Notes: generated by a model not told the origin, from the letters alone. Positions 49,761 to 63,301 are shown, counted from the stretch's first letter. The stretch is 64,000 bases of DNA from Aulosira sp. ZfuVER01 (GCA_034530615.2 JAVRCV020000031.1:144450-208449), one strand, 5' to 3'. A program made the numbers and translations.

Positions 49761-50188
49761 ATTATCTTGACTTTCGATAGGTTAATTTTTTTATAAAATT
49801 TTGCTTAAATTAGAGACAATAAATTTATCGTAAAGATGATTTAAATCGGCATCAATCTTTGACAGCAATCGCAGATATAAATAGCAGTTAAAAGAACTCA
49901 AGCTTTTGAGCTACAGTTTATTAAGGAAATTACGCTCTGTTTTTCCCTCGCTTAGATATGTGTCCATCTTAGTGTGAAAGTAATTTTGTGACTAGATATT
50001 GTACTGAGATTTACGTAAACATTACATTTTCAATTTAGATAAAATCGTAGTAATCACTAAGATACTCTAGGGGTTTGACAATAATACTTAAGTAAATATT
50101 CAAATAAGAATTTATAAACTCGCACTGTTTCTTTACAGCGGTTTTGTAATAAAAATAGCAATTTGCAGAATGCGACAGATGCATGGGT

Positions 50189-50211
50189 ATGGGCGGGGTT
50201 TACCCGCCCAT
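50189..50211 (-). terminator. Hairpin immediately after the clpB stop codon
   Basis: ATGGGCGGG-GTTTA-CCCGCCCAT perfect 9-bp stem. Confidence 0.55.
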
Positions 50212-50214
50212 TAC

Positions 50215-52884
50215 TCACAGATCGGGTGAAGGTTCTAATAACTGAACAGTCGCCTGTGCTGCTGCTACTTTCACTGTCACTTTTTTACTAAAAGTCAGTC
50301 CGGTTTCGCCTTTGTCGATGAGAATAGTGTCTCCAGAAATAAAGGTGTTCTCTAGTAACTTAGTAGCGATGGGGTTTTCGATTTCACGCTGAATTGCTCG
50401 TTTCAGGGGACGTGCGCCGTAAACTGGGTCATAGCCTGTTTCTACTAGGTAGTCACAAGCAGGTGCAGAAATATCAAAGGAGATTTTTTGCTCTTTGAGG
50501 AGATTTTCAACGCGCTTGAGTTGAATGTGGATGATATGGCGCATTTCCGAACGACTGAGAGTATGGAAGAGAATAATATCGTCCACACGGTTGAGAAATT
50601 CTGGGCGGAAATGCGATCGCAAGGCTTCTGTTACCCGATTGCGCATCATTTCATACTTGGAGTCATCACCAGATATATCGAGGATGTGTTCGCTACCGAT
50701 ATTGCTGGTCATGACAATCACAGTGTTGCGAAAATCTACTGTTCTACCTTGAGAGTCAGTAATTCTCCCATCATCCAACACTTGCAATAAAATATTGAAG
50801 ACATCGGGGTGAGCTTTTTCTACTTCATCCAAAAGCACCACAGAATAAGGATGACGGCGAACCGCTTCGGAAAGTTGACCGCCTTCTTCATAGCCAATGT
50901 ATCCTGGGGGCGCTCCTACCAGCCGGGAAACCGAGTGTTTTTCCATATATTCGGACATATCCAAGCGGACTAAGGCATCGTCAGCATCAAAGAGAAACTG
51001 AGCTAAAGCACGAGCGAGTTCAGTTTTACCTACGCCTGTCGGCCCCATGAACAAAAATGAACCAATAGGACGGTTAGGATCTTTCATCCCCGCCCTAGCA
51101 CGACGAATGGCTGCTGCTACTGCTGTTACCGCTTCTTGTTGCCCGATAACTCGTTGATGCAAATGATGCTCTAGTTGCAGCAATTTTTGCCGTTCCGATT
51201 CCATCAAGCGATTGACTGGGATACCTGTCCACTTGGCGACAATTTCCGCGATGTCGGCTTCTGTGACTTGTTCTCTAAGCAGAGTCGCACCTGTGCTTTG
51301 AATTTCTAATAGTTGCGCTTCTTTGGCTTCGCGATCGCGCTGTACTCCCTCCAATTTGCCATACTTCAATTGGGCAGCTTTGTTAAGGTCATAGTCCCGT
51401 TCTGCTTGCTCAATTTGTACCCGCAGGGCATCTTCTTCTTTCTTTAAGGCGCTGATAGCTTCCAATACCTGCTTTTCACCTTGCCATTGGTCGTTGAATT
51501 TTTGCTGTTTAACTGTTAAAGAGGTAATTTCTTCCTCAATACGCTGCAAACGCTCTTTTGTTTGCGCCGTACCTTTATCTTCTCCAGCCAATGATAGCTT
51601 TTCCATTTCCAGCTGCATCAAGCGGCGGTCAATGGTTTCCAATTCTGCTGGTTTGGAGGTAATCTCCATTTTCAGCTGTGCTGCTGCTTCATCTACTAAG
51701 TCGATGGCTTTATCTGGCAAAAAGCGGTCAGAAATATAACGTGCTGACAAAGTCGCTGCGGCTACTAATGCGGAATCCGAAATTTTGACGTTGTGATGAA
51801 CTTCGTAACGTTCTTTTAAACCCCGCAGAATGGAAATAGTATTTTCTACACTGGGCTGATCCACAAATACCTGCTGAAAACGCCTTTCTAAAGCAGCGTC
51901 TTTCTCGATGTGTTTGCGGAACTCATCTAAGGTAGTCGCTCCAATGCAGCGCAACTCTCCCCGCGCCAGCATGGGTTTGAGCAAATTCCCTGCATCCATT
52001 GCCCCTTGCTGATTGGAACCAGTACCAACAACGGTGTGCAGTTCGTCAATAAACAAAACTATTTGACCGTTCGATTCAGTAACTTCCCGTAGAACTGCTT
52101 TGAGACGGTCTTCAAATTCACCCCGGTATTTAGCCCCAGCAATTAAACTACCAATATCTAACGAAATTAGCTGGCGGTTTTTCAAAGATTCGGGTACGTC
52201 ACCATTTACCATGCGTTGCGCCAAAGCTTCTGCGATCGCAGTTTTACCGACCCCAGGCTCGCCAATCAATACGGGGTTATTTTTGCTACGACGAGATAAT
52301 ACCTGGATTACCCGGCGAATTTCGTCATCTCGCCCAATTACTGGGTCGAGTTTGCCGGCTTTTGCCTGTTCTGTCAAGTCTCTGCCAAATTTTTGCAAAG
52401 CTTCATAGCGAGACTCTGGATTTTGATCGGTCACTTTTTGGCTACCGCGCACAGTTTTAGTTGCAGCCTCTAGCTTACTATTATCGACATTCAAACTTTT
52501 AAGGAGCCGCCGTCCAATGCGGTCATCGTCAGCAAAAGCGAGGAGAATATGTTCTATAGAGATATAGGCATCTTTCATCCGCACTCTATTTTCCTCAGCG
52601 CGATCGAGCAGAACATCTAAACTACGTCCCAGATAAAGCTGATCGCTTTTCCCTACCCTCGGTTGTTTTTTGGTAAAAGCTTCCAGTTGCTCTTGCAAGC
52701 GGATTGGATCGACCTCAGATCTGGCGAGAATACGTATTGCTAAACTAGTAGGTTCTTCTAAAAGGGCAATAATTAAATGTTCAACATCTAGTTGCTGTTG
52801 TTGATAAGCACGGACTATATCCTGAGATTTGACAATTGCTTCCCAGGCTTTATCAGTAAATTTATTGGGATCTGTAGGTTGCAT
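50215..52884 (-). CDS. clpB: ATP-dependent chaperone ClpB (ClpB2-type)
   Basis: Two AAA+ domains ([16 protein letters not shown]) and a coiled-coil M domain; MQPTDP..FT.KAWEAIV N-terminus. Confidence 0.97.
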   Translation of the reverse strand: MQPTDPNKFTDKAWEAIVKSQDIVRAYQQQQLDVEHLIIALLEEPTSLAIRILARSEVDPIRLQEQLEAFTKKQPRVGKSDQLYLGRSLDVLLDRAEENRVRMKDAYISIEHILLAFADDDRIGRRLLKSLNVDNSKLEAATKTVRGSQKVTDQNPESRYEALQKFGRDLTEQAKAGKLDPVIGRDDEIRRVIQVLSRRSKNNPVLIGEPGVGKTAIAEALAQRMVNGDVPESLKNRQLISLDIGSLIAGAKYRGEFEDRLKAVLREVTESNGQIVLFIDELHTVVGTGSNQQGAMDAGNLLKPMLARGELRCIGATTLDEFRKHIEKDAALERRFQQVFVDQPSVENTISILRGLKERYEVHHNVKISDSALVAAATLSARYISDRFLPDKAIDLVDEAAAQLKMEITSKPAELETIDRRLMQLEMEKLSLAGEDKGTAQTKERLQRIEEEITSLTVKQQKFNDQWQGEKQVLEAISALKKEEDALRVQIEQAERDYDLNKAAQLKYGKLEGVQRDREAKEAQLLEIQSTGATLLREQVTEADIAEIVAKWTGIPVNRLMESERQKLLQLEHHLHQRVIGQQEAVTAVAAAIRRARAGMKDPNRPIGSFLFMGPTGVGKTELARALAQFLFDADDALVRLDMSEYMEKHSVSRLVGAPPGYIGYEEGGQLSEAVRRHPYSVVLLDEVEKAHPDVFNILLQVLDDGRITDSQGRTVDFRNTVIVMTSNIGSEHILDISGDDSKYEMMRNRVTEALRSHFRPEFLNRVDDIILFHTLSRSEMRHIIHIQLKRVENLLKEQKISFDISAPACDYLVETGYDPVYGARPLKRAIQREIENPIATKLLENTFISGDTILIDKGETGLTFSKKVTVKVAAAQATVQLLEPSPDL

Positions 52885-52919
52885 CTTTAGAATTTTCGAG
52901 TTGGGATTTCTGATTTAGA

Positions 52920-52958
52920 AGCCACTGGAAGGGCTTCCTGGCTTGTACCAAGTGGCGT
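52920..52958. repeat. GCCACT...AGTGGC hairpin-type small dispersed repeat in the clpB leader
   Basis: GCCACT-GGAAGGGCTTCC-TGGCTTGTACCA-AGTGGC with nested stems. Confidence 0.55.
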
Positions 52959-53561
52959 GTTTTAGTGTATAAATTGGCCATTGGGGAGGATTAAAGACAT
53001 AAAAAGTGCAATATACATAGCGATGCACTTATTGCCTGAATCTAGAATAAAAACTTTGCTGCTTCATACTTCATACTTCATAAATAGTTTTTACTCCCCA
53101 ATTACATATCCAAACATCATTGACATATATTCGCGTGTATCTGAAGTTGCAATTTAAACTTGGTATTGATTTGAGTGCGACGCATGACCTATTTTTTGAC
53201 ATCCTTCTACAAGTCATGCTATCGCATACCGTGTAGGCTGCTCACCAACTTTGGCTACTGCTTTCAACACTCAGTGAGCTATGAAAAGGCGCGAAAAGCC
53301 CATTGATTAAACAATCTTAAGATGAACTTGTTAACAGATAAATCTTCCAGTTCTACATAGAAGCTATTTATGGTTGAATCTGATTGATCCTCAGTAAATT
53401 GGCTTTTTTGAGAGTAGTAAGTAAGAGAAAATACTTCTCAATTATTGTGAGCGATCGCAATGCCTGAGTCACCCAATCTATTGACTGAAAATCAGATGAA
53501 GGAGGAAAATTAACTTTTAGCCCCAGGCATTGCTTCACGCTCAACTGTGTTACTTAGATAA

Positions 53562-53996
53562 TTACTGAGTCACCAGTTGTTGTGATTCCTGTTTTGTTTT
53601 TGTTCCTTGAGTACCCAATTGAATCAGTTCAATTTTATACCCATCCGGATCTTCTACAAATGCAATTACGGTAGTACCGTGTTTCATTGGCCCTGGTTCC
53701 CGCACTACCTTTCCGCCACGATTTCTGATTTCTTCACAGGTGGCATAGATATCATCAACACCAATGGCAATATGACCATAGGCATTACCTAATTCGTACT
53801 TTTCCACCCCCCAGTTGTAAGTTAGTTCTAGGACTGTATGATCGCTTTCATCACCATAGCCAACAAAAGCTAAAGTGAATTTGCCATCTGGAAAATCTTT
53901 TCGACGCAGTAATTTCATTCCCAGGACATCACTGTAGAATTTCAAGGACTCTTCAAGATTGCCCACCCGTAGCATTGTATGAAGTAAGCGCATCAT
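53562..53996 (-). CDS. gloA: Lactoylglutathione lyase (glyoxalase I)
   Basis: [23 protein letters not shown] and [13 protein letters not shown]. Confidence 0.97.
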   Translation of the reverse strand: MMRLLHTMLRVGNLEESLKFYSDVLGMKLLRRKDFPDGKFTLAFVGYGDESDHTVLELTYNWGVEKYELGNAYGHIAIGVDDIYATCEEIRNRGGKVVREPGPMKHGTTVIAFVEDPDGYKIELIQLGTQGTKTKQESQQLVTQ

Positions 53997-54064
53997 TAAC
54001 TCCTGATAGTTTCTTTACCGATTTTAAATTGGGAGTGCCGATCTAGACTTCAGCTGGGAAATGA

Positions 54065-54190
54065 AAGGACAAGGGGAACATGGGAGCAGGGGGACAAGGG
54101 AGATGATGGAGAAATAACTAATGACCAATGACCAATGCCCCATGACCAATGCCCCATGCCCATTAACCATTGACTCTTGACAAATGCCAA
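54065..54190. repeat. GGGGACAAG-type and (CAATGAC/CCATGCC)n STRR arrays
   Basis: Visible tandem repeats between gloA and eno. Confidence 0.85.
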
Positions 54191-54290
54191 ATCGCAAATC
54201 AGTTGACGTAATTGCTGGAAATATTCTTTAATCTCAGGCTACAGCGTCCCTTAAAAGCCCTATGCTAGCGATTGGGTTAAGCCACTGTAA

Positions 54291-55634
<1,344 letters not shown>

Positions 55635-55637
55635 AGG

Positions 55638-55729
55638 CTGGGGAGCAGAGGGGAGTGTGGGGAGTGTGGGGAGAATATAAAAAAGCTTCCCTCTTCTCCA
55701 ATGCCCCATGCCCCATACCCAATGCCCAT
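55638..55729. repeat. GGGGAGTGT and (CAATGCC/CCATGCC) tandem repeats between convergent eno and argC
   Basis: Directly visible tandem repeats. Confidence 0.8.
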
Positions 55730-56788
55730 CTAGGGATAAAACCCAAGTTTGGGCAACCCCAAGGTTTCATCCCAACCCATCATGAGATTTAAACACTGAA
55801 TTGCTTGACCCGCCTGTCCTTTAATTAAGTTGTCGATTGCTGACATGACAATTATCCGGCCAGTACGCGGGTCAACTTCTATACCTATATAACAAAGATT
55901 ACTGCCACTAGCCCACTTGGTTTGTGGGTAAGTGCCGCTTTCACAGACTTTCACCCAAGGAGAATTACGGTAAAACGCATTGTAAATTGTTACCATATCA
56001 TCTCGGACAAGGCCGGGATCGCGCAATGTAGCATAGACAGTTGCCAAAATCCCTCGCACCATCGGGATGAGATGGGGCGTAAATTGGATAGTAACTTCAT
56101 GTCCTGCCAAATCGCTGCAAATTTGCTCAATTTCTGGGGTATGACGGTGACGAGCAACTCCGTATGCAGCAAGGGAGTTATCTGCTTCAGCTAGCAGCAT
56201 ATTAATTTTGGCTTGTCGTCCCCCGCCAGATGTACCGGATTTAGCATCGATAATGGCGGTTTCGGGCACAATTAAGCCTTGTTTTAAGAGTGGTGAAAGA
56301 GCTAGAAGACTGGCTGTAGGATAGCAACCAGGACAGCCAACAAGCTGGGCTTCGCTAATGCGATCGCGGTAAAGTTCTGGTAATCCGTATACTGCTGTAG
56401 CCGCAGTTGTCTGATCGCTTCTCTCTGTACCATACCAAGTGGTATAGGTTGCCAAATCAGTAAATCGATAATCGGCACTAAGATCTAGTACCTTACATCC
56501 TTTTTCGATCAGTTTTGGCGTAATTTGGCAAGCCAGACCATTTGGTAGCGAAAGAAACACTGCTTCACAGCGCTGGGCGATGATTTCTGCATCTACCGCC
56601 TCTATTGGCAGGCTAACTGCATGAGCCAGATGGGGATAGAGATCCGCAAAGGATTTTCCTGCACTACTCTCACCGCCTAAATAAACTAGTTCGACTTCTG
56701 GATGATCCATCAGTAGTCGTACTAACTGCACTCCGCCATAGCCTGACGCGCCAACAATCCCAACGGGTACGCGTCCATTTTTGCCCAT
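55730..56788 (-). CDS. argC: N-acetyl-gamma-glutamyl-phosphate reductase
   Basis: [31 protein letters not shown] and [13 protein letters not shown]. Confidence 0.97.
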   Translation of the reverse strand: MGKNGRVPVGIVGASGYGGVQLVRLLMDHPEVELVYLGGESSAGKSFADLYPHLAHAVSLPIEAVDAEIIAQRCEAVFLSLPNGLACQITPKLIEKGCKVLDLSADYRFTDLATYTTWYGTERSDQTTAATAVYGLPELYRDRISEAQLVGCPGCYPTASLLALSPLLKQGLIVPETAIIDAKSGTSGGGRQAKINMLLAEADNSLAAYGVARHRHTPEIEQICSDLAGHEVTIQFTPHLIPMVRGILATVYATLRDPGLVRDDMVTIYNAFYRNSPWVKVCESGTYPQTKWASGSNLCYIGIEVDPRTGRIIVMSAIDNLIKGQAGQAIQCLNLMMGWDETLGLPKLGFYP

Positions 56789-57254
56789 GATGATAAAATC
56801 CTTATCCGCTTTTTTTAATTAGTTCTTAGCTATCAACATATCAGCGACCAGACGCGCAACGCACAATCAGCCACGGACTTGAGCCGGGTGTTGGTGGCTC
56901 CGCACTTAATAGCGATGAGATTCTATGCTCTCACCAAAATTCAGTTTTTTAGTTTTTTCTTCCCCAGAGTGGTAATAGTAGCTGCTCACAGATTTCAGTA
57001 AATAGTTAAGCAAACATTGTGAAAATATCATATTCACGCAATCCTACACCTTTTAGGGGAGGAATTAGCTTAAAAGTCCACTCTTGCTTTCAGCGCTTTG
57101 CTGTGGCACTTGAGTACTAAATCTCAATTTTAGGGCAGAAATTTTTGCCATGTTATCAAATCTTTGCTAGTGTACTTCTCTGCCAAATAAAGGAGCTACA
57201 ATCTAAAAGAAGAAATTGTTAAAAAAATTTACTTTTGGTAGCTGGAAATCCTCT

Positions 57255-59057
57255 GTGTCAAAGCCTAAGACTAAACGGCAGTCGCAAGCCACTCCCCTAA
57301 ACTCTAGCGACCAGAGCACTGGGGTGGCTCCTCAAGTAGAGCAAGCCTTGAACCAATCGCCTGAGTCGGAAAAACCCGCAGCGTCGGCTCTTGACGGCGC
57401 TAGCTCATCTTTTAAGTTTGATTCTATTGACGCGGCTTTAGCAGATTTAAAAGCTGGTCGTGTCATCGTCGTGGTAGATGACGAAAATCGTGAAAACGAA
57501 GGCGACTTGATTTGTGCTGCGCAGTTTGCCACGCCCGACACGATCAATTTTATGGCGGTGGAAGCAAGAGGGCTGATTTGTCTGGCGATGACAGGCGATC
57601 GCCTAGATGAACTGGACTTACCATTAATGGTGAGTAATATTACAGACACTAACCAAACTGCTTTTACTGTCAGCATTGATGCTGGCCCGCATTTGGGTGT
57701 GTCTACTGGGATCTCAGCCGAAGACCGCGCGCGTACTATCCAAGTGACTCTCAATCCAGCGACCAAACCTTTAGATTTACGTCGTCCCGGTCATATTTTC
57801 CCAATTCGAGCCAAAGCCGGAGGCGTACTCAAACGCGCAGGACATACAGAAGCTGCGGTAGACTTATCTCGATTAGCAGGGTTATATCCGGCGGGGGTAA
57901 TTTGTGAAATTCAAAACCCTGATGGTTCAATGGCGCGGTTGCCCCAGTTAATTGAGTATGCTCAAAGTCACAATCTCAAAATTATCAGTATTGCTGACTT
58001 AATTAGTTATCGCCTCCAGCATGATCGCTTAGTTACCCGCGAAAGCATTGCCGATTTACCCACCCAGTTCGGTCACTTCAAAATCTACGCTTACCGCCAT
58101 ACTCTAGATAATTCTGAACACGTTGCCATTGTTAAGGGCGATCCCGCCACCTTCAAAGATGAGCCAGTGATGGTGCGGATGCATTCAGAATGTTTAACTG
58201 GTGATGCTTTGGGTTCTTTGCGCTGCGATTGTCGGATGCAGTTGCAAGCAGCGTTGAAAATGATTGAAAGTGCGGGTCAAGGTATCGTAGTCTACCTGCG
58301 TCAAGAAGGACGGGGGATTGGCTTGATTAATAAGCTCAAAGCCTATTCTCTACAAGATATGGGTTTGGATACGGTGGAAGCGAATGAGCGTTTGGGATTC
58401 GCCGCCGATCTGCGAGACTACGGGATGGGCGCACAAATGCTCATGGATTTGGGTGTGAAGCAGATTCGTCTAATTACGAATAATCCCCGCAAAATTGCTG
58501 GAGTCAAGGGCTATAGTTTGGAAGTAGTCGATCGCGTGCCGTTATTGATTGAGGCCAATGACTACAATTCCTATTACTTGGCAACCAAGGCGAAGAAACT
58601 TGGTCATATGCTGTTGCAAACTTATCTGGTAACAGTAGCCATTCACTGGCAAGATGATCCCCAATCGGTAACGCAACGCTATGAACGCTTAGAAAAAATT
58701 CGGCATTTAGCGAAAACTCATGACTTATTGCTGCAAGAAGAAGCGCGGCCATTAGCGATCGCTTTATTCGACAAGCCTTCTTTAACAGTACACTTGGGTT
58801 TCGATCAACCGAAAGTGGCTGATTGTGATTGGTATCAGCAGCAAGGTCATCCTTATCTGCAAGCAATCTGCCAAATTCTCGACCAACTAGCAACTTTACC
58901 TTACATCCAAAAGCTAGAATTTTTGATTTCTTCTGGTAGCGATCCTTTAAGTAATTTGCAAATCCAACTCGACCGACAGACTTTTAGGTCTGATACACTA
59001 CCTTCTGCAATTTGCGATCGCTTAGAAACTCAGCAAATTTATAGCTTTAGTAAATAA
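57255..59057 (+). CDS. ribBA: Bifunctional DHBP synthase / GTP cyclohydrolase II with cyanobacterial C-terminal extension
   Basis: [28 protein letters not shown] and RQEGRGIG. Likely GTG start at 57255. Confidence 0.96.
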   Translation: MSKPKTKRQSQATPLNSSDQSTGVAPQVEQALNQSPESEKPAASALDGASSSFKFDSIDAALADLKAGRVIVVVDDENRENEGDLICAAQFATPDTINFMAVEARGLICLAMTGDRLDELDLPLMVSNITDTNQTAFTVSIDAGPHLGVSTGISAEDRARTIQVTLNPATKPLDLRRPGHIFPIRAKAGGVLKRAGHTEAAVDLSRLAGLYPAGVICEIQNPDGSMARLPQLIEYAQSHNLKIISIADLISYRLQHDRLVTRESIADLPTQFGHFKIYAYRHTLDNSEHVAIVKGDPATFKDEPVMVRMHSECLTGDALGSLRCDCRMQLQAALKMIESAGQGIVVYLRQEGRGIGLINKLKAYSLQDMGLDTVEANERLGFAADLRDYGMGAQMLMDLGVKQIRLITNNPRKIAGVKGYSLEVVDRVPLLIEANDYNSYYLATKAKKLGHMLLQTYLVTVAIHWQDDPQSVTQRYERLEKIRHLAKTHDLLLQEEARPLAIALFDKPSLTVHLGFDQPKVADCDWYQQQGHPYLQAICQILDQLATLPYIQKLEFLISSGSDPLSNLQIQLDRQTFRSDTLPSAICDRLETQQIYSFSK

Positions 59058-59133
59058 CCAAATAATTTTTCTTTTAAATCTCACATCAAGATGCCAAGTT
59101 ATCTGAAAACCTTAGCTTCTTTATGTGAGATTT

Positions 59134-60048
59134 TTATCTGTTTGCCCTATTGATTGGTGTTAGATGACGATAGGTATGAAGTAAATCGAAGAATTTGTTA
59201 AAGTCAAAACTTATGGGATCAATTCTTTGACCAGATCTGTCTACGGCTCGATGAGTAGTGATGCGATCCTCTGGAACTTGACTTTGAGCAATTAACCAAG
59301 CCAGAGAATTATATTGAGCCTCCGTGTACCCACTATGGGTTTGTACTTGGTTATCTCCCCAAGCTTCTGGTGGTGTTTCCAAAGAAACGTGATAAGCAAA
59401 GTTATTGACAGATGGTGGCAAATTGGGGTTAGTCTTCACAGTTTCAGCACCATTAGGCCCATCAAACACCGAGTTACCTGCTCCAAAGGCTCGCTTTTCT
59501 GGTGGGATGAGATAAATCACTGTCCCATCTCGCTTAATTAAAGTGTGATAACTCGCTTGGATATTTTCATTATCATGAGGGGTTTGAAAAAAATTAATAG
59601 CGCTAGATGCAGAATTACTAGTTTCATGTAGTACGACAATTGGCTGATTGCGTACAGGTACACCATTGATATCCTTGGCATACCGATCTCCATAGTTACT
59701 TGGGTCTACGTGTGTGATTTCATATTGAGGTCTGAATCTCTTAAACGCCTCAGTAGTGCGATAAGACCTTGCTACAGGCTGACTCTGATTCTTTTTAACG
59801 TTTGATGCAACAGGCTGATTCGGACTCTTTTTCACTTGCGATTTCACAGCATCTCCAGATTCAGCACTCGGATTTGTTGATGTTTGTAATTGCGCCTTGG
59901 GATAGTCACTCCAGGCTATTACCTCTGGATTAGATGTGGCTGTATTGTCCTGTGATTTTGTTGCTTTCCCTGCAAACAGCGCCAAAATTAGAGTGGCGAA
60001 CAATAGAAAAATCAGCATTACTTTCGTCGCCCATTCTCTAAATCTCAT
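59134..60048 (-). CDS. N-acetylmuramoyl-L-alanine amidase (Amidase_2 type), membrane-anchored
   Basis: N-terminal TM; IVVLHET, ASYH, RAFGAG, THRAVD...DP zinc-amidase pattern. Confidence 0.85.
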   Translation of the reverse strand: MRFREWATKVMLIFLLFATLILALFAGKATKSQDNTATSNPEVIAWSDYPKAQLQTSTNPSAESGDAVKSQVKKSPNQPVASNVKKNQSQPVARSYRTTEAFKRFRPQYEITHVDPSNYGDRYAKDINGVPVRNQPIVVLHETSNSASSAINFFQTPHDNENIQASYHTLIKRDGTVIYLIPPEKRAFGAGNSVFDGPNGAETVKTNPNLPPSVNNFAYHVSLETPPEAWGDNQVQTHSGYTEAQYNSLAWLIAQSQVPEDRITTHRAVDRSGQRIDPISFDFNKFFDLLHTYRHLTPINRANR

Positions 60049-60368
60049 TTTTTTATACTTAGTAAAACAGCTAATAGCGATCTTAATACCAAGATATTAC
60101 TGAAAAATAGGCTACTGGTATACTTGTCAAACCTTAGTAATTTTGTTAAGCCACTGCTCTATTTACAGAGTAGTGCTGATGTCGGTGTTGTGCATCCACG
60201 ACCCTCAAGCAGCATCGCCAGCATATCTAAATATATTGAGAAATGTATAATAAAGTATCTATAGATGAGATTCCCGGCTTCTTGAATCAGTCGGGAATAC
60301 GGAAAGCGACTTTTCTAGAGATGGGATATTTGTTTATTGGCAATATCTAATTTTTGCAAATGTCAAAA

Positions 60369-60980
60369 CTATAAACCGTCCCACTGAAATTCAGCTAACA
60401 ATAATAAGCATAAAGCCATAAAAGCGCCAGTACTGAGAAACTGCCAAGGGGCAACATAAGGCAAAATAAAAATTAATAGGAGGTGTAGTATACCTGTGAA
60501 AATTAGGGCACGCGATCGCACCCCTATTCCAGTGCAAATATATCCAAGTGTGCTTAACCCTAACCATAATGGGCAAAGATTTAATAAGATATTAGCCCAC
60601 CCTAAATAAATACTTAAATCCGTTAAAATTACCCCCAATAACATTAAAATTACCCAGCAATATAGTACCCATCTAACTTGCCTGGCTTTTACCCAGTAAC
60701 TAGTCCAAGCTACCATTGCTATGGTGCCGATACCACTAAGTATTGACCATAAAGTAGCTTGTAGACTCCAACTAATAGGGAGGAATTGAGCAGTAAGAAA
60801 TATTGGTAGCAGTAACAAACTCCAAAGAATGCAGGCTTGATCGACACGAGTGTAAAAAGTTGAATAAAGCCGAATTTTGCCGATTTGCCAGTTAACATAC
60901 CAAAGTCCTTCTAGTTCGTAAATTGCTTTAGTTGGCTGTTTGCGGCACAAAGGCGGTTGTGAATAATTAAAAAAAGTCAT
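60369..60980 (-). CDS. Hypothetical multi-pass membrane protein
   Basis: About six hydrophobic segments, Trp-rich; start probably ATG 60980. Confidence 0.7.
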   Translation of the reverse strand: MTFFNYSQPPLCRKQPTKAIYELEGLWYVNWQIGKIRLYSTFYTRVDQACILWSLLLLPIFLTAQFLPISWSLQATLWSILSGIGTIAMVAWTSYWVKARQVRWVLYCWVILMLLGVILTDLSIYLGWANILLNLCPLWLGLSTLGYICTGIGVRSRALIFTGILHLLLIFILPYVAPWQFLSTGAFMALCLLLLAEFQWDGL

Positions 60981-61306
60981 TTTAATTTTTTTCACACCAA
61001 AGAATTATATTTGTTTTTTATCTAAAATTATTTCTCAGTTAATCTCTCTTGGGTGAGAAATTTAGCTATGTTATATTCCCTATAGGCTTGTAAATCTGTG
61101 ATTTGTTTTACAGAAAATTGCCAAGGCAAATAAACCCTCTTGAAGAAATTTTTCCAGAAGGCTAATTGTTAAATTTTTTTAAAATATTTTGTCTTAATAT
61201 TCCGACAAAATCACAAATCTAGGTTTAGACAACCTAACAAAAAAAAGTTATGATTTTATTCAACATTTATTAATAATTCTTAACTAATTTCAAGTCAATT
61301 CCTCAT

Positions 61307-62014
61307 TTAATTAAGTGGAAGTCGCTGAATTAAGAAAAATGCTAAGACAGCGCTACCTAAAGGAACCGTCAAATTATCAATACCGAGCAACGAAAAAGCT
61401 TCTAAAGCAGTAGCCACCAAAGCCACGATCGAGGCTACTACCCAAGTTTGCCAAATATTGCCTTGGACACTGAGCAAAATCAAACTACTCACAAGAAAAC
61501 TTACAAGGGTCATCGTCAAAGAACCTTCCCAACTTTTCTGCGAGCCAAAAACTTGATACTTATGTTTACCAAAGCGTTGACCAATTAAAGCTGCTAGTCC
61601 ATCTCCCCAGGTCATCACTAAAATTCCTAATGCTGCATACTGAGGTTGTTGCAAGTACCAGAAGCAGGCAACTAAAATACCGAAACTGACAGAATAAAAA
61701 AATGTCCCCAAACTTTGACGACCAACACTATTAATACCAGGAAGAATCGGAAAGCGGTAAGACAATAAGGTGACAGCGCTGGCTAAAATTGAAGCTGTAA
61801 TGCCTATACTTGCAGGAATATTTAACCACCAAGCCAGTAAAATCACATTGCCAGTACCAATATGAACTATCTTGCGGACAATTTCTGGATCTTTATGGTC
61901 AAAGCGATTAACTCCCCAAGCGATCGCTAAAATTAATAACACCCAAACTGCAACGATCGCAATTTGTAGCCATAAAGGAGAAATCGAGTCTAAAGCAGGA
62001 AATGTACTCACCAA
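61307..62014 (-). CDS. Phytol / polyprenol kinase (CTP-dependent, VTE5-like)
   Basis: [25 protein letters not shown] and DNLTVP motifs; start uncertain. Confidence 0.88.
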   Translation of the reverse strand: MVSTFPALDSISPLWLQIAIVAVWVLLILAIAWGVNRFDHKDPEIVRKIVHIGTGNVILLAWWLNIPASIGITASILASAVTLLSYRFPILPGINSVGRQSLGTFFYSVSFGILVACFWYLQQPQYAALGILVMTWGDGLAALIGQRFGKHKYQVFGSQKSWEGSLTMTLVSFLVSSLILLSVQGNIWQTWVVASIVALVATALEAFSLLGIDNLTVPLGSAVLAFFLIQRLPLN

Positions 62015-62075
62015 AAATACTACTAGAAAGAAAATTTGGGCCCTTATTACCACTTTATTAGATTTGGTTGCCGCT

Positions 62076-62315
62076 ATGAAACTATTATTGATTTGGCTGA
62101 TTCGGGGCTACCGAATGTTTATTTCGCCTTTATTTCCGCCAACTTGCCGCTTTCAGCCCACTTGTTCGATGTATACCATCGAAGCAATTGAAAGATTTGG
62201 CCCTTGGCGCGGTACTTGGATGGGAATTCGTCGCATCTTGCGCTGTCATCCATTTCATCCTGGTGGTTACGATCCAGTACCAGAGGTAATCGAGAAAACA
62301 AAAGATTGCTGCTGA
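62076..62315 (+). CDS. yidD: Membrane protein insertion efficiency factor YidD
   Basis: [16 protein letters not shown] and [17 protein letters not shown]. The real start is ATG 62076; the ORF track extends it into the phytol kinase gene. Confidence 0.93.
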   Translation: MKLLLIWLIRGYRMFISPLFPPTCRFQPTCSMYTIEAIERFGPWRGTWMGIRRILRCHPFHPGGYDPVPEVIEKTKDCC

Positions 62316-62445
62316 TTGTATACAGACTATGTTAAAACCTATACTTCATAATTTTGTGTAGTCAATCTTGAAGGTGATGTTTTTACTTACTTATCCATCC
62401 TTAGAGGTTGTTTCAAAAACGGGATTGGTTTGTGAATCTAAAATC

Positions 62446-62557
62446 TGTCTTGAAAAGTGACGCTCCTGCGTCGCTAACAGATCGTCGGCAGTCGGCGCTC
62501 CGATGCCAGATGCTTTCCGACGCAAGGCGACAGGAACGCACTGGCTCGACTTTTCGC
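62446..62557. mobile_element. Nested GC-rich palindromic elements inserted in an (AAAATCT)n tandem repeat
   Basis: Outer GAAAAGT...ACTTTTC stem; inner GACGC-TCCT-GCGTC, TCGG-CGCT-CCGA and GCCAG-A-TGC...GCA-CTGGC stems; AATCTAAAATCT on both flanks. Confidence 0.7.
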
Positions 62558-62581
62558 AAAATCTAAAATCTAAAATTAACA

Positions 62582-63301
62582 ATGAGACCCTATCATCAGA
62601 TACCAATCTGCGAGTGTGGTGAACCATTAGTAGAGATTCCTTTAAAATTATTTGCTGTGGAATCTCCTCATCCTTATGAAAAATTGGGTGCGCCTTATGG
62701 GGCACATTCTCCTTATTATCTAAGGCAGACTGTAGTTGAAAATTTGATCCAAGCCCAAAATTACTTACAATTGCTGCATCCTAATTGGTATATCCAAATT
62801 TTTGATGCTTATCGCCCAGTGGCTGTACAGCAGTTTATGGTAGATTACAGCTTTGCTCAAGCCCTAAATCAGAGAGGACTGATTGAGGCGGAATTATCCC
62901 CAACCCAGCGCCAAGAAATTTGGGAATTAGTTTATCAAATTTGGGCTGTACCTAGCTTAGATGAAAAAACGCCCCCACCTCATAGTACAGGTGCAGCAGT
63001 GGATGTGACATTGGTAAACGATCGAGGGCAAATCGTAGATATGGGTTCAGAGATTGACGAATTATCAGAGCGATCGCTTCCCGATTACTATGCCAATAGT
63101 GAGTATCCAGAAGCACAACAACAATATCATCTTCACCGTCAATTATTACGTGATGTCATGTTAAAAGCTGGATTTCAACGCAACCCTAGAGAGTGGTGGC
63201 ATTTTTCTTTTGGCGATCAAATGTGGGCTTGGCTAAGTAATCAATCCAATCCAGAAAATTCTTTCACAGCTCGCTATGGGCGTTTTAAAATAAATGCCTG
63301 A
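62582..63301 (+). CDS. D-alanyl-D-alanine dipeptidase (M15, VanX/DdpX-like)
   Basis: IFDAYRP, PPHSTGAAVDVTL, DMG and EWWHFS. Confidence 0.9.
   Translation: MRPYHQIPICECGEPLVEIPLKLFAVESPHPYEKLGAPYGAHSPYYLRQTVVENLIQAQNYLQLLHPNWYIQIFDAYRPVAVQQFMVDYSFAQALNQRGLIEAELSPTQRQEIWELVYQIWAVPSLDEKTPPPHSTGAAVDVTLVNDRGQIVDMGSEIDELSERSLPDYYANSEYPEAQQQYHLHRQLLRDVMLKAGFQRNPREWWHFSFGDQMWAWLSNQSNPENSFTARYGRFKINA

Noticed and set aside
50001..50014. GTA-N8-TAC (GTACTGAGATTTAC) upstream of the GT2 gene
   Set aside because: No TAN3T at 22 nt on either strand and weak flanks; a 6-bp gapped motif occurs many times by chance in 64 kb.
53220..53310. GCTCAC/GTGAGC stem and small hairpin between clpB and gloA (6S RNA or sRNA?)
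   Set aside because: Too short and weak, with no 6S-like long rod; not distinguishable from chance.
56800..57250. Possible FMN riboswitch upstream of ribBA
   Set aside because: None of the RFN conserved blocks (AGGGCGGGGTGAAATTCCC, AAAGCCCGCGA, GGATGGGAGA) are present.
62391..62705. 104-aa minus-strand ORF, and likewise the ORFs at 42251-42501
   Set aside because: These are open frames running through GC-rich repeat elements, not protein-like.
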